This document shows positions 1 to 9,916 of a DNA stretch of 64,000 nucleotides, one piece after another; positions within the stretch are counted from its first letter, which is position 1, and each line of letters begins with the position of its first letter. The notes under the pieces are model-generated. The model had not been told where the DNA came from and did not search any database. It worked only from the letters and a program-made list of their open reading frames with translations. The stretch covers positions 320,001 through 384,000 of the forward strand of contig CAVRJM010000001.1 of the NCBI GenBank assembly GCA_963722075.1, read 5' to 3'. The translations under genes and the position numbers were made by a program. Source of the stretch: Candidatus Babeliales bacterium. GTDB lineage: Bacteria; Babelota; Babeliae; Babelales; JANWKD01.

Positions 1-2
1 TT

Positions 3-440
3 TTAGGATATAAACCACATTTGTGGATGTTTAAAAAAGAACTCCTTAAAATACCGCTGTATGGGATTATGGCAGGTAGGATGAATGTTGCGGTGGATAG
101 GGATTCGCCGCGCAAAGCACTTGTTAGTTTATTAGACGGAGTTAGATTAATCAAAGGAACTTCAAGAAGTCTTATTATTTTTCCTGAAGGAGGTCGGTAT
201 GCTGATGGGAGGGTACATGAATTTTTATGGGGATTTGCTATTATTGCAAGAAAAACGGGGTTTCCCGTTACGCCGGTGCTTATTCAGGATGCATATAAGG
301 TATACCCTGCAGGAAGTTTTTTTATGAACTATCATCCGATAACCGTAGTAGTTGGTAAACCGTATACATTAGAACCTGATGAATCTGATGAGCAGTTTAT
401 TGGCCGCATCAGTACTTGGTTTATTAATCCAAAGGGATAA
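3..440 (+). CDS. plsC: 1-acyl-sn-glycerol-3-phosphate acyltransferase (5'-truncated by window edge)
   Basis: IFPEGGR motif and KKEL..IP.YG / VDR motifs of lysophospholipid acyltransferases; frame open to the window start. Confidence 0.85.
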   Translation, partial: LGYKPHLWMFKKELLKIPLYGIMAGRMNVAVDRDSPRKALVSLLDGVRLIKGTSRSLIIFPEGGRYADGRVHEFLWGFAIIARKTGFPVTPVLIQDAYKVYPAGSFFMNYHPITVVVGKPYTLEPDESDEQFIGRISTWFINPKG

Positions 441-443
441 TAC

Positions 444-1430
444 ATGGAATTGCTATTTTCGCTTATGTACCCGAAAATTTTTGCTAGTTTACTACTTATT
501 ATTATAGCGGCCATATGGTATCGGCTGCGATTATATCAACCAGTGACCTACTTGTATCCGGTAGCAGGGGCGTTATTAACAGCAGGGTATGCATCACGTG
601 GTAGTTTTCATAAAGTAGTTCTTTTTTTACGCGTAATAAGTTTATTGTTGTTAGCATTGTTAATTACAAAACCGCGTCTTATTGATTACCAATCAATAAT
701 TCATGGGCAAGGCATTGATATGATGCTGGTACTTGATGTTTCTAATAGCATGCATTTGGTTGATGATCCTTCAAATCCACAAACTCGTTTAGAAGTAGCA
801 AAACAAGAGGCAATAAAATTTATAGATAAAAGAGAGTTTGACCCTATTGGATTAGTTATTTTTGGTAAAGTTGCGCTTTCCCGCTGCCCGACAACGCTTG
901 ATAAAAATATTCTAAAATCGATTATTAATGATATTACAATTGGCACCATTGACGGACAAGGAACCGTATTAAATACGGGCATTATAATGGCGGTGAATAG
1001 GCTAAAAGATGCAAAAGGTGTTTCTAAAGTAATGGTAGTACTCACCGATGGAACTCCTTTTGGTGATGATAAAACTGAAGAGCAAGCGATTGCAGTTGCA
1101 AAAAAATATGGTATAAAAATTTATACGATTGGAATCGGTCATGATGGGATTATGTATGTTCATACTCCTTTTGGGCCGCAACCAATACAAGGTGTTGATA
1201 AAGAACGTTTACAAAAAATAGCTCAAGAAACTGGTGGTAGGTTTTTTGAAGCAAAAAAACCTGAAGATATGCAAGCAATATATAACACAATTGATCAGTT
1301 AGAAAAAAGAGATTATGAAACAACGATCTTTAATCATTACTATGAATTTTTTAAACCATTTTTAATTGCGGTATTTCTTACCATTTTTGTGGAATTGTTA
1401 TTAGCCTCATTTATATGGTTTACGGTATGA
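444..1430 (+). CDS. batA: VWA domain membrane protein, BatA-like
   Basis: MIDAS DVSNSM, LTDG, IYTIGIG, IA.ETGG.FF; N- and C-terminal TM segments. Confidence 0.85.
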   Translation: MELLFSLMYPKIFASLLLIIIAAIWYRLRLYQPVTYLYPVAGALLTAGYASRGSFHKVVLFLRVISLLLLALLITKPRLIDYQSIIHGQGIDMMLVLDVSNSMHLVDDPSNPQTRLEVAKQEAIKFIDKREFDPIGLVIFGKVALSRCPTTLDKNILKSIINDITIGTIDGQGTVLNTGIIMAVNRLKDAKGVSKVMVVLTDGTPFGDDKTEEQAIAVAKKYGIKIYTIGIGHDGIMYVHTPFGPQPIQGVDKERLQKIAQETGGRFFEAKKPEDMQAIYNTIDQLEKRDYETTIFNHYYEFFKPFLIAVFLTIFVELLLASFIWFTV

Positions 1431-2437
1431 AACAGCTACTTTCTCAAGTGCATTGGGCATCAGCACATAATATAAAATACCTGCCGCTTATTGTAATCGC
1501 AATAGGCATTAGTATATGGCAATATTACAAACGACATTATGCAATAAGCGTACTGGCAAGCCCAGCATGGAGTACACTTTTAATCGCGCATTTTTCGCAA
1601 AGCCGTCACTATATTAAACAAGCGTGTATCATTATAGGCTTATGCATGTTATTTATGGCATTGTTACAACCACAATGGCATAAAAAAGAGGAGCCAATTA
1701 CTCAAAAGGGAAGGGATGTTTTTATTGCGTTTGATATTTCAAAAAGTATGCTTGCTGAGGATGTATCGCCAAATCGACTTACGGCGGCCAAGACAAAAAT
1801 AAAACAATTGATGAGTATGCTTTCATGTGAGCGCATCGGATTAATGCTCTTTGCAGGATCTCCGGTTATTCAATGTCCTTTAACAACTGATTATGATGCT
1901 TTTTTAATGTTTTTAAACCAAATAGATCATAATACGATCTCATCAGGCACAACGGCGATTGATAAAGCAATTCAAAAAGCATTAGAGCTCTTTAATACAA
2001 ACCAAGGCCAAGCTCATAATAAGGTATTACTATTATTTACCGATGGGGAAGATTTTTCCAGCAATTTATCGGCTATCAAAGATGAAGCACAGCGATTGGG
2101 TCTTCGCATCATAACCGTGGGAGTAGGGACTTCAGCAGGAGCACCCATACCATTACTAGATGCAAATCAAGAAAAGCGAGGGTATCAACTTGATGAAAAA
2201 GGTAAAGTTGTTATTTCGGCGTTAAATGAAGGTATTTTAAATAGTTTGGCACACAATTTAAATGGATTATATGTTCAAGTAACCAGCGATGCAACTGATT
2301 TAAAAAAGATTGTTTCTTATATTGAGCATATAGAAAAAGAAAAATTTGAAGATAAAAAGGTGCAGACATTGCAAGAACAATACCATTATTTTAGTGCTAT
2401 TGCGTTTATATGTTTTTTGCTTGAATGGATGCTATGA
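1427..2437 (+). CDS. batB: VWA domain membrane protein, BatB-like
   Basis: DISKSMLAEDVSPNRL, PLTTDY, FTDGED, GVGT..GAPIP; ATG overlaps batA stop. Confidence 0.85.
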   Translation: MKQLLSQVHWASAHNIKYLPLIVIAIGISIWQYYKRHYAISVLASPAWSTLLIAHFSQSRHYIKQACIIIGLCMLFMALLQPQWHKKEEPITQKGRDVFIAFDISKSMLAEDVSPNRLTAAKTKIKQLMSMLSCERIGLMLFAGSPVIQCPLTTDYDAFLMFLNQIDHNTISSGTTAIDKAIQKALELFNTNQGQAHNKVLLLFTDGEDFSSNLSAIKDEAQRLGLRIITVGVGTSAGAPIPLLDANQEKRGYQLDEKGKVVISALNEGILNSLAHNLNGLYVQVTSDATDLKKIVSYIEHIEKEKFEDKKVQTLQEQYHYFSAIAFICFLLEWML

Positions 2438-3384
2438 AAAAATTTATTTTTATGATTGTTTCGTTACTATTTTTTTTATCTGTTAGAGCGGTGTTTGAGA
2501 CAGATCGCGCAATGAAAGCTTATCATAACAATGATCTTAATGGTGCCCAACAATTATATGATACTCTATTGGTAAAAAACCCTGATCATTATGAAGGTTT
2601 ATATAATTCTGGAAAATTGGCTTATAAACAACAGAATTTTGCGCAATCAGCTGCTTATTTTGAAAAAGCCGCGCATATAAAAACAGCTCCTTCGGGTTTA
2701 AAAGAGCAGGCTTTTTTTGATTTAGGTAATAGCTATGCACAAATAAAAGAATGGCAAAAGGCATTGACTGCTTTTGAACATGTATTAACTATTAACCCAG
2801 ATAATGAGTATGCAAAAAAGACTGTTGAGCGTATAAAACAAATTATCGAGCAGGAGAAGCAGCAACAAGAGCAAGAGAAAGAGAATAACGATAATAACAA
2901 TGATGACAAAAAAGAAGATAAAAAAGAATCTCAAGAAAATAATGAAAATCAGCAACAAGATGATAATCTCCAAGAAAATCAAGACACAAATCAGCAAAAC
3001 AAAAACAAAGAAAATCAAAATAAGTCAAAAGAACAAAGTGGCAATGACCAATCATCAGGGCAAGATAAAAAGGATGAGCCAGATAGTAATCAAGCAAATA
3101 ATCAAAAACAACAGCAACAAGAACAAGATAAGCAATCAAAAAAGCAAGAAGAGCAAAATATGCAAAAGGGCCAGCCTGATAAAAATCAAGCAGGTAATCA
3201 AAAGCGAGATCAAGGGATGTCAGCAATGAATGCTCAAGAAGATAAAAAAGATGCAACCAATAAGGCCGATTATGAAACGCTTTTATTGCAAGCAGTTGAA
3301 CAAGCAGATTCGCGTATGTCAAAATTATTATTGCAGCAACAATTAAATAATGAGGCGTTGCCATATGGTCAAAAAAATTGGTAA
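2434..3384 (+). CDS. batC: TPR protein with Q/N/K-rich linker, BatC-like
   Basis: Signal/TM, TPR motifs (YNSGKLAY, FDLGNSY), low-complexity linker, terminal KNW; position in operon. Confidence 0.75.
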   Translation: MKKFIFMIVSLLFFLSVRAVFETDRAMKAYHNNDLNGAQQLYDTLLVKNPDHYEGLYNSGKLAYKQQNFAQSAAYFEKAAHIKTAPSGLKEQAFFDLGNSYAQIKEWQKALTAFEHVLTINPDNEYAKKTVERIKQIIEQEKQQQEQEKENNDNNNDDKKEDKKESQENNENQQQDDNLQENQDTNQQNKNKENQNKSKEQSGNDQSSGQDKKDEPDSNQANNQKQQQQEQDKQSKKQEEQNMQKGQPDKNQAGNQKRDQGMSAMNAQEDKKDATNKADYETLLLQAVEQADSRMSKLLLQQQLNNEALPYGQKNW

Positions 3385-5053
3385 ATTAACTATTTTTTTA
3401 CTATTTATACCATTTTTTATGCTGTCGGCTCATCAGGAATTAGTGATTCGTGTCATTAATAAAAATGGCCAATCAGTTACCCAACTGAGTATGGGAGTTC
3501 CTTACACCTTACAAATTGAAGTGGCGGGTAATCAAAACCTATCAACCATAACCATTCCTGGGTTAGAACACTTTTATTCTGAATTTTGCGGAGCTAGCAG
3601 AATAAAAGAGATGTCCCGCAGTAAGACTATTTATGAATATGTTATTCGTGCTGATAAACTAGGATCCTTTACGCTCGGACCTATCGAAGTTTCATATTCA
3701 AATGGCAGCATAGTCACTTCAAATGTTTGTTCATTAGAGGTACATAAAAATGAACAGTCGCCGATACATATTGAATTAAAAATAGACGAGCAGCGTTGTT
3801 ATGTGGGGCAACGAATTGGGGGCACCATAGTAATCGATGCACCCAAGGAAATTCAGCTGGTGAGTGTACAAATTCCTCAACTTGATCCTGCTCTAGGTAA
3901 AGTAACAAAGGCAAGTGAACTAACGCATTCATCAATAATAAAAGATGGTAAAAGAGTTGAACAATATGAACTTGCCTTAGAATTTATTATTTCTAAAGCA
4001 GGTTCATATAAAGTACCTCCCATTGAAATAACAGCAGCGGTACCCGTTAAAAGAACAAATTCGATGTGGGGATTTGGTTTATCATATACTAATATGCAAG
4101 AACAATTATTTCGTTCAGAAGAAATGGTTTCATTTCATGTTGAACCGTTACCAGATCCTTCTATTTCGGTGCATGGTGTTGGTAATTTTGATTCATTTTC
4201 TATGAATGCTGATCATGCAACGGCATGTGTAGGAGAAGCAGTTGTGGTGACATTGCATTTGGTAGGAAAAACAGGTGTAGCAGACGTCATCTCATTGCCG
4301 CTTGAATTACCCTCTTGCCTCAAATATTATGAATCAAAATCGTCAATTCAAACACTCTCCAATGGTATGCTTAAAAAATCATTTGAATATATCGTGCAGG
4401 CTTTAGAATCGGGTGATTGTGAAATTCCTGCGCAATTATTTATTTTTTTTGATCCCATTAAAAAAAGTTATCGTAGGTTGAAGACACAAAAAATTGCGCT
4501 TTCTATTACTGCTAATGTAAAAAAAATGAAACCACTAGACGATAGAAGTCCCCAAGAAATGCAAGACGTTTCGTATCTTCCCTTAAATACTGATGGGCCG
4601 ATTATTTATCATGGAATGCGCTCATTATCTCATATCTATTTTGTATTCGCGCTTCTTATATGGGTTCTATTAATTAGTGTATATGGCGTTAAAAAATATC
4701 TATTTTTGCCAAATGGGTATTGGTTTAATAATCGTAAACGTGTTGCAATTAAAGCGCTTAAAAAAAAATTAACTGCTATAAAACAAAATAAGAATTATGC
4801 ATACTTATATACTATTTTTGTTGAGTTTTTTGCTAGTCGATCGGACGTTGCATTGGCAGAAATTGATGCTGATCGTATCAATAAAATACTGAAAGCAGCG
4901 GGGTTTATGGCACCCGCTCTTGAGCAATGGAATAGATTCTTTCAGGAATTAGCTCAGCAGGCATTTTTTAATGCACAGACAGATAAAAATCTTATGTTAG
5001 ATTTATTAAATCGAGCATATGTTTGGATTGATCAATTTGAAGAAAAATTATGA
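3365..5053 (+). CDS. batD: BatD family protein
   Basis: Signal peptide, G.FTLGP, GVG.F, IP...F.FFDP motifs, C-terminal TM; operon position. Confidence 0.8.
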   Translation: MVKKIGKLTIFLLFIPFFMLSAHQELVIRVINKNGQSVTQLSMGVPYTLQIEVAGNQNLSTITIPGLEHFYSEFCGASRIKEMSRSKTIYEYVIRADKLGSFTLGPIEVSYSNGSIVTSNVCSLEVHKNEQSPIHIELKIDEQRCYVGQRIGGTIVIDAPKEIQLVSVQIPQLDPALGKVTKASELTHSSIIKDGKRVEQYELALEFIISKAGSYKVPPIEITAAVPVKRTNSMWGFGLSYTNMQEQLFRSEEMVSFHVEPLPDPSISVHGVGNFDSFSMNADHATACVGEAVVVTLHLVGKTGVADVISLPLELPSCLKYYESKSSIQTLSNGMLKKSFEYIVQALESGDCEIPAQLFIFFDPIKKSYRRLKTQKIALSITANVKKMKPLDDRSPQEMQDVSYLPLNTDGPIIYHGMRSLSHIYFVFALLIWVLLISVYGVKKYLFLPNGYWFNNRKRVAIKALKKKLTAIKQNKNYAYLYTIFVEFFASRSDVALAEIDADRINKILKAAGFMAPALEQWNRFFQELAQQAFFNAQTDKNLMLDLLNRAYVWIDQFEEKL

Positions 5054-5751
5054 AGTTAATACTAGTTTTTTTTATCCTAATTACTGCTTATAGCTCATGT
5101 AATGCCACTGCTCAGGAACTTTTTTTACAAGCAAATAATGCATATAAGAAAGGCAATTTTAGCCAAGCGCTTGATGCATTTAATGCTATTGATAATAAGG
5201 GAGCGGCTGTTTGGTACAATATGGGAAATGCCTATTACCATCTGAATCGATATGTTGATGCGCTTATTGCATGGAAACGAGCATTAAAATATGATGGTTT
5301 TCATTTGATAGATGCTATTAATGCAAATAGTGATTGTGCTTATGATAAACTTGAAATAAAGCAATCGTATGGATATTTGGATTGGGTAACGAAGGAAATT
5401 AATAGACGTTCCCTTTTTTTCTGGCAATTTATTTTTTTATGCTCATTATATGGCTTTTTATTAGTATTATATGGGGTAAAGAATAAAAAATGGTTGATTT
5501 TTATTTGCTTGTTAGTGATCAATAGTACCGGAATAGGATTAATTGTTCGATGGCAAGAGCGGAATTGTCAAACGGGGATAGTTATAAGCGATACGTTTTT
5601 AGTGGCGGGTAATGACGAACAGTTTTCAAAAATAGGAGCATTAAAACCGGGGCAAGAAGTTATTATTAAAGAAAAGAATCAATCATGGTGCAAAGTAGCC
5701 GTTGATAATCAGATTGGATGGATTTTAAATAATAATGTTGAGTTTATTTGA
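5050..5751 (+). CDS. batE: TPR plus C-terminal SH3-like protein, BatE-like
   Basis: F.QAN.AY..G, YNMGNAYY TPR, two TM helices, WCKV...GWI SH3 motif. Confidence 0.75.
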   Translation: MKLILVFFILITAYSSCNATAQELFLQANNAYKKGNFSQALDAFNAIDNKGAAVWYNMGNAYYHLNRYVDALIAWKRALKYDGFHLIDAINANSDCAYDKLEIKQSYGYLDWVTKEINRRSLFFWQFIFLCSLYGFLLVLYGVKNKKWLIFICLLVINSTGIGLIVRWQERNCQTGIVISDTFLVAGNDEQFSKIGALKPGQEVIIKEKNQSWCKVAVDNQIGWILNNNVEFI

Positions 5752-5763
5752 GTATGCTAAGCA

Positions 5764-6606
5764 ATGAATTATAAAGAATTAACGCAATATTTTTCACCTA
5801 TTTTTGTAATTTCCCTTTCAAGTGTAATGTTCGTCATAACGGGATTATTAATTTTTGAATATCGTTTTTTTAAAGAGCAATCACGGCGCATGCAAGAACT
5901 GCAAAAAGATTATCAACAATATATTGGTGTTTTTAAACAAAATTTATATGCGCAGCAAAAAAAAAATGATGGTGCTCAAAAAGAGATCGTTACCGATGAA
6001 AGTAATAACATTAATCTCGTTAATCGTGAAGCAATGTATCTAAAAAAATCAGCGCTTGCCTTTGGTAAAACACACAATTTAGAAAAAGTTATTAAGCCAT
6101 TGTATGAAGGATGTAGTTGGGATGCTAGTTATGTAGCGCAAGCAATTAATCATCGTTTGGAAAGTGAACCCAAGAAAGTAAAAATAAAACAAGAATCGGT
6201 AAATTATTACCCGGTTGATTTTACCCTATCATGGCCTATTAATAAAAATCAATTTTGGATTAGTTCCCATTATGGACCACGTAAAAACAGTTTTCATTTT
6301 GGCGTTGATCTAGCAGCGCTTAAAGGAACGCCCGTGTATGCTGCTAGTGAAGGCGTTGTTATTGAGGCATCATATACCCCCAAAGGATATGGTAAATCAA
6401 TTGTTGTTGATCATAAGAAATGTAAAACGCGTTATGCGCATTTACATGAAATGTATGTTAAAGTAGGAGACTGGGTTACGCGCGCACGGCCTATTGGAAG
6501 TGTAGGCAAAACGGGATTGGTAAAAGGTAAGAAGCCTGAGCATTTACATTTTGAGGTTATAGATCTATTTGGCAAGCGTATTAATCCTTTGTATATTTTA
6601 AAATGA
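5764..6606 (+). CDS. M23 family metallopeptidase
   Basis: H.GVD, YAHL, HLHFEV motifs; N-terminal TM. Confidence 0.9.
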   Translation: MNYKELTQYFSPIFVISLSSVMFVITGLLIFEYRFFKEQSRRMQELQKDYQQYIGVFKQNLYAQQKKNDGAQKEIVTDESNNINLVNREAMYLKKSALAFGKTHNLEKVIKPLYEGCSWDASYVAQAINHRLESEPKKVKIKQESVNYYPVDFTLSWPINKNQFWISSHYGPRKNSFHFGVDLAALKGTPVYAASEGVVIEASYTPKGYGKSIVVDHKKCKTRYAHLHEMYVKVGDWVTRARPIGSVGKTGLVKGKKPEHLHFEVIDLFGKRINPLYILK

Positions 6607-6672
6607 ATGATTAAATGAACGTATTAATGAGCTAGAACAAAGCTTATACAAAATAATAATCGAAAGAGCATA

Positions 6673-7548
6673 ATGAATTATATTCATCGTTTTTGGAAAT
6701 GGATGCATCGTCCTAATAAATCAAAGATAGCACAATATATTGAAACAATTGTTATTATTGTTCCTATTGCATTTGTAATACGAACTTATTTTTATGGGTT
6801 GTATCAAGTTCCAACAGGTTCTATGGAAACTACTATGCTTGTTGGTGAGCGTTTTTTTGCCGATAAGTTTACTATTCTTTTTACGCCACTTAAACACGGT
6901 GATATTATTACCTTTAATGACCCAAAATTTGATTATTCGGATAATTATTATATGGATCTTTTCCAGCGCTATGTATGGGGTCCTTCTAATTGGACCAAAC
7001 GGTTGATCGGATTACCCGGAGATCATATTAAAGGCGTAATGGAAGATGGAAAGCCGGTTGTTTATCGAAATGGTCAAAAACTTGATGAGCCATATGTTAA
7101 TAAATTTCCGTTAATTGGTGTTTATGTAGAAGGCAAAATGCCGCCGTGGGAAGTACGCTCATATGATGAAGCGTATAGTTTTGAACAACAACCATATTAT
7201 AGAATGAGTCCGGTTGATGTAGAACTAGCTAAAAAATTGATGGAACGATATGAGCAAGAATGGATGAGAAAACCATATACACCAACCTATGATGGGTATC
7301 GTAATATTGATGAATTTGATGTACATTTGGGCGCTCAAGAAATATGGGTAATGGGTGATAATCGAAAAGGAAGCTATGATTCACGCTATTGGGGACCATT
7401 AGATATAAAATTAGTACACGGCAAAATTCTTATTCGCTTATGGTCAATCGATAGTAATGAATCATGGTTTATTAGTGATCTTATTAAACATCCAATCGAT
7501 TTTTGGACCCGCGTGCGCTGGAGTCGATTCTTCCAATTTGTATATTAA
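6673..7548 (+). CDS. lepB: Signal peptidase I
   Basis: VPTGSMETT, KRLIGLPGD, MGDNR..S.DSRYWG. Confidence 0.95.
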   Translation: MNYIHRFWKWMHRPNKSKIAQYIETIVIIVPIAFVIRTYFYGLYQVPTGSMETTMLVGERFFADKFTILFTPLKHGDIITFNDPKFDYSDNYYMDLFQRYVWGPSNWTKRLIGLPGDHIKGVMEDGKPVVYRNGQKLDEPYVNKFPLIGVYVEGKMPPWEVRSYDEAYSFEQQPYYRMSPVDVELAKKLMERYEQEWMRKPYTPTYDGYRNIDEFDVHLGAQEIWVMGDNRKGSYDSRYWGPLDIKLVHGKILIRLWSIDSNESWFISDLIKHPIDFWTRVRWSRFFQFVY

Positions 7549-7569
7549 ACAACTTTTTTAAGGATAGAT

Positions 7570-8061
7570 TTGATGATTATTATTTCATGTATTAATAACA
7601 TACTGTTATTGGTGTTAGCATTTTTTTTATCAGGATGCCAAAATGCTGATACCAAAAAAGCGCCATCTTTTGTTATTGTGAACGTGCTTGATAAAGAATA
7701 CTTTGATGATTGTCATATCAAGGGATCAGTACATGTTCCTTTTGGTGATTTAAAAGAATATGCACTACAATATTGGGATAAGGATAACACGCAAATAGTG
7801 ATTCATTGCAGCAACTATTCGTGCGGTGCAAGTTTTGAAGGATATAAAATAGTATCGCAACTAGGTTTTAAAAATGTGTGGGCTTTTGAAGGCGGTACTG
7901 CCGAAGCAAAAGAAGCTGGCATTCCAGTGGAAGGACCATGTAGTGAACCGTATTTAAAAGAATATAAAAAACCTGAACATTATGTAGAACGTCAAGCAGT
8001 TGCAACAATTTCTGTTGAAGAATTGAAGAAAAAAATGGAAGAATTTGCGATAAAACCATAA
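7570..8061 (+). CDS. Rhodanese-like domain lipoprotein
   Basis: HIKGS, IVIHC...C..S, GFKNVWAFEGG; LSGC lipobox. Confidence 0.8.
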   Translation: MMIIISCINNILLLVLAFFLSGCQNADTKKAPSFVIVNVLDKEYFDDCHIKGSVHVPFGDLKEYALQYWDKDNTQIVIHCSNYSCGASFEGYKIVSQLGFKNVWAFEGGTAEAKEAGIPVEGPCSEPYLKEYKKPEHYVERQAVATISVEELKKKMEEFAIKP

Positions 8062-8093
8062 TCGTGATATTATTGCGTGGGTAAAAGGTGATT

Positions 8094-8167
8094 GGCGGCA
8101 TAGCCAAGTGGTAAGGCATGGGACTGCAAATCCTTGATCCCCGGTTCGAATCCGGGTGCCGCCTCCA
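8094..8167 (+). tRNA. tRNA-Cys(GCA)
   Basis: Cloverleaf GGCGGCA...TGCCGCC, anticodon loop CTGCAAA, GGTTCGAATCC, encoded CCA. Confidence 0.97.
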
Positions 8168-8194
8168 TGTAGAAGTAAAATCATTGAATTATTA

Positions 8195-8280
8195 GCCGGG
8201 GTGGCGGAATGGTAGACGCAAAGGACTTAAAATCCTTCGGAGGTTTCTCCGTGCCGGTTCGAGTCCGGCCCTCGGCACCA
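8195..8280 (+). tRNA. tRNA-Leu(TAA)
   Basis: GCCGGGG acceptor, CTTAAAA anticodon loop, long variable arm, GGTTCGAGTCC, CCA. Confidence 0.97.
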
Positions 8281-8287
8281 GTCATTT

Positions 8288-8352
8288 CCTTCAGAAATGC
8301 CTGGCAGGCCAGTCACGCCATAGCTCAAAATGAGCGAAGACTGTCCGTCATA
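8288..8352. repeat. Degenerate family-2 palindromic repeat at the tRNA-Leu 3' end
   Basis: CTGGCAGGCCAG, GTCACGCCATAGC and GAGCGAAGACTGTC match segments found after tRNA-Gln (51051-51188). Confidence 0.6.
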
Positions 8353-8511
8353 ATTTTTTAGTGCGTGAAGAACAAATAAAAAACGAATTTTAAAAAAAAA
8401 TTTGACAAATTTATTACACATACTATTGTACAAATAAGTACTAATATTTTTCACCGTAATAATTAAGGTAAAATAAATAAATTTAAGCTGATAGCTTACA
8501 AAGGAAAGCAT

Positions 8512-8787
8512 ATGAATAAAGCGATGTTAGTTGAACGCATGGCGAAATTATCTAAAGAATCTAAAGCAACTGCTAAAAGATGTTTAGAAGCTTTTATGGA
8601 TGCAGTTGGTGAAGTATTGAAAAAAAATGGGCAAATTACCTTAACTGGATTTGGTAGCTTTTCAGTAATGAAAAGAAAAGCTCGTATGGGCGTGAATCCA
8701 GTAACCCGTAAAAAAATGCAAATTCCTGCAACTAAAGTTCCTAAATTTAAGGCAGGAAAAGAGCTTAAAGGATTAGTTGCTAAATAA
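8512..8787 (+). CDS. hup: DNA-binding protein HU
   Basis: MNK..L, GFGSF...RKAR.GVNP.T...IPA..VPKFKAGK.LK. Confidence 0.95.
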   Translation: MNKAMLVERMAKLSKESKATAKRCLEAFMDAVGEVLKKNGQITLTGFGSFSVMKRKARMGVNPVTRKKMQIPATKVPKFKAGKELKGLVAK

Positions 8788-8813
8788 AAATATTTAGTTA
8801 ATCAAAAGCTGGT

Positions 8814-8852
8814 AAGAGGAAGAATAAAAAATTTATTCTTCCTCTTTTTTTT
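8814..8852 (+). terminator. Rho-independent terminator after hup
   Basis: AAGAGGAAGAATAAA / TTTATTCTTCCTCTT inverted repeat followed by a T run. Confidence 0.85.
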
Positions 8853-8970
8853 TGTTTATTGCAACTCTTTGATAATTGTGAGTATACTTTCTATAGCTTA
8901 ATATAGATCGATAAAAATTTTCGAACTATACCTCATTTTTATAGTAAATTGCCAGAATAAGGATTATTGC

Positions 8971-9357
8971 ATGTCCCGCGCTACTAAAGTACAAGCAAAT
9001 TGGTTTGATGTGATGAAAGATAAAATCACTAATTTTTTTGAATCATTTGATTTTTCTAATGAAAATTTGATTCGTATAGCAATTGCAACAGGAATTGGTT
9101 TTGGACTTGGTATTTCGTTTAAAAAATTTGGGTCATTAATCTTTATTGGTATTGTTCTTACAGCACTTTCTTTATATGGTCTTGAACAATTTGAGTTTAT
9201 TACGGTTAATTTAGAAAAAATAAAATTTTTTTTAGGTTTCACGTATAAGGCCACTTTATATGATGTGGTAAATATATATCTTGATTGGATAAAAAATCAT
9301 ATGATTTTATCAGTAAGCTTTTGCATAGGCGTTCTTGTTGGTTATAGAGTAGGATAG
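8971..9357 (+). CDS. FUN14-like membrane protein
   Basis: GIGFGLG..FKK, L....FITVN, F.IG...G pattern. Confidence 0.6.
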   Translation: MSRATKVQANWFDVMKDKITNFFESFDFSNENLIRIAIATGIGFGLGISFKKFGSLIFIGIVLTALSLYGLEQFEFITVNLEKIKFFLGFTYKATLYDVVNIYLDWIKNHMILSVSFCIGVLVGYRVG

Positions 9358-9368
9358 AGGTACATACA

Positions 9369-9911
9369 ATGAACAAAGGGTTTGTAGATGAAATTTGTTC
9401 AATCTTACAAAAAAATAAGGTTATTTCTCCTCAAGAAGCAAATGATTTAAAAAAAAATTTTGCAAACCGATCTCAAATAGCCTTTGATGATTTCTTACTG
9501 GAAGAAGGCTTGGTTACTAAAGAAGACATATTAAAAGCATTAAGTAGTTATTATCAGGTTCCATACATTGATCCCGTTGGCTATTTCTTTGATCACTATT
9601 TATTAGTGAAATTCCCTAAAGATTTCTTACTCAGAAATTTAATAATACCGATTGAAGTCTTAGAAGATACTATATTAATGGTTGCTGCTAATAATCCTTC
9701 AAATGAAAATTTACTGCCGCTTATAGGGAAATATGTTTCCTACGATATTGAATTTCGGGTGGCCATTGCTTCTGAAATTGTTGAAAGCGTAGAAGATTTT
9801 TATGATAAATCACTAACAGATTTGCCGCTTGATGATGAGGCAGTGCCTGAAAAACAAAAAGAAATTGAAAAAGAAGCGCAAGAAATGATTGATGAAAGCC
9901 CTGAGGACTAA
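9369..9911 (+). CDS. Stand-alone GspE/PilB N-terminal (MshEN/T2SSE_N-like) domain protein
   Basis: L.EEGLVT..DI..AL..Y.VPY, IIP, L.VA..NP pattern; directly upstream of the ATPase. Confidence 0.7.
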   Translation: MNKGFVDEICSILQKNKVISPQEANDLKKNFANRSQIAFDDFLLEEGLVTKEDILKALSSYYQVPYIDPVGYFFDHYLLVKFPKDFLLRNLIIPIEVLEDTILMVAANNPSNENLLPLIGKYVSYDIEFRVAIASEIVESVEDFYDKSLTDLPLDDEAVPEKQKEIEKEAQEMIDESPED

Positions 9912-9916
9912 ACACC

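Noticed and set aside
2850..3270. Q/N/K low-complexity tract and overlapping alternative ORFs
   Set aside because: Typical BatC linker; the other frames stay open only because of compositional bias.
7868..8511. Minus-strand ORFs over the tRNA genes (also 50817-51020)
   Set aside because: Antisense shadows of tRNA-Cys, tRNA-Leu and tRNA-Gln.
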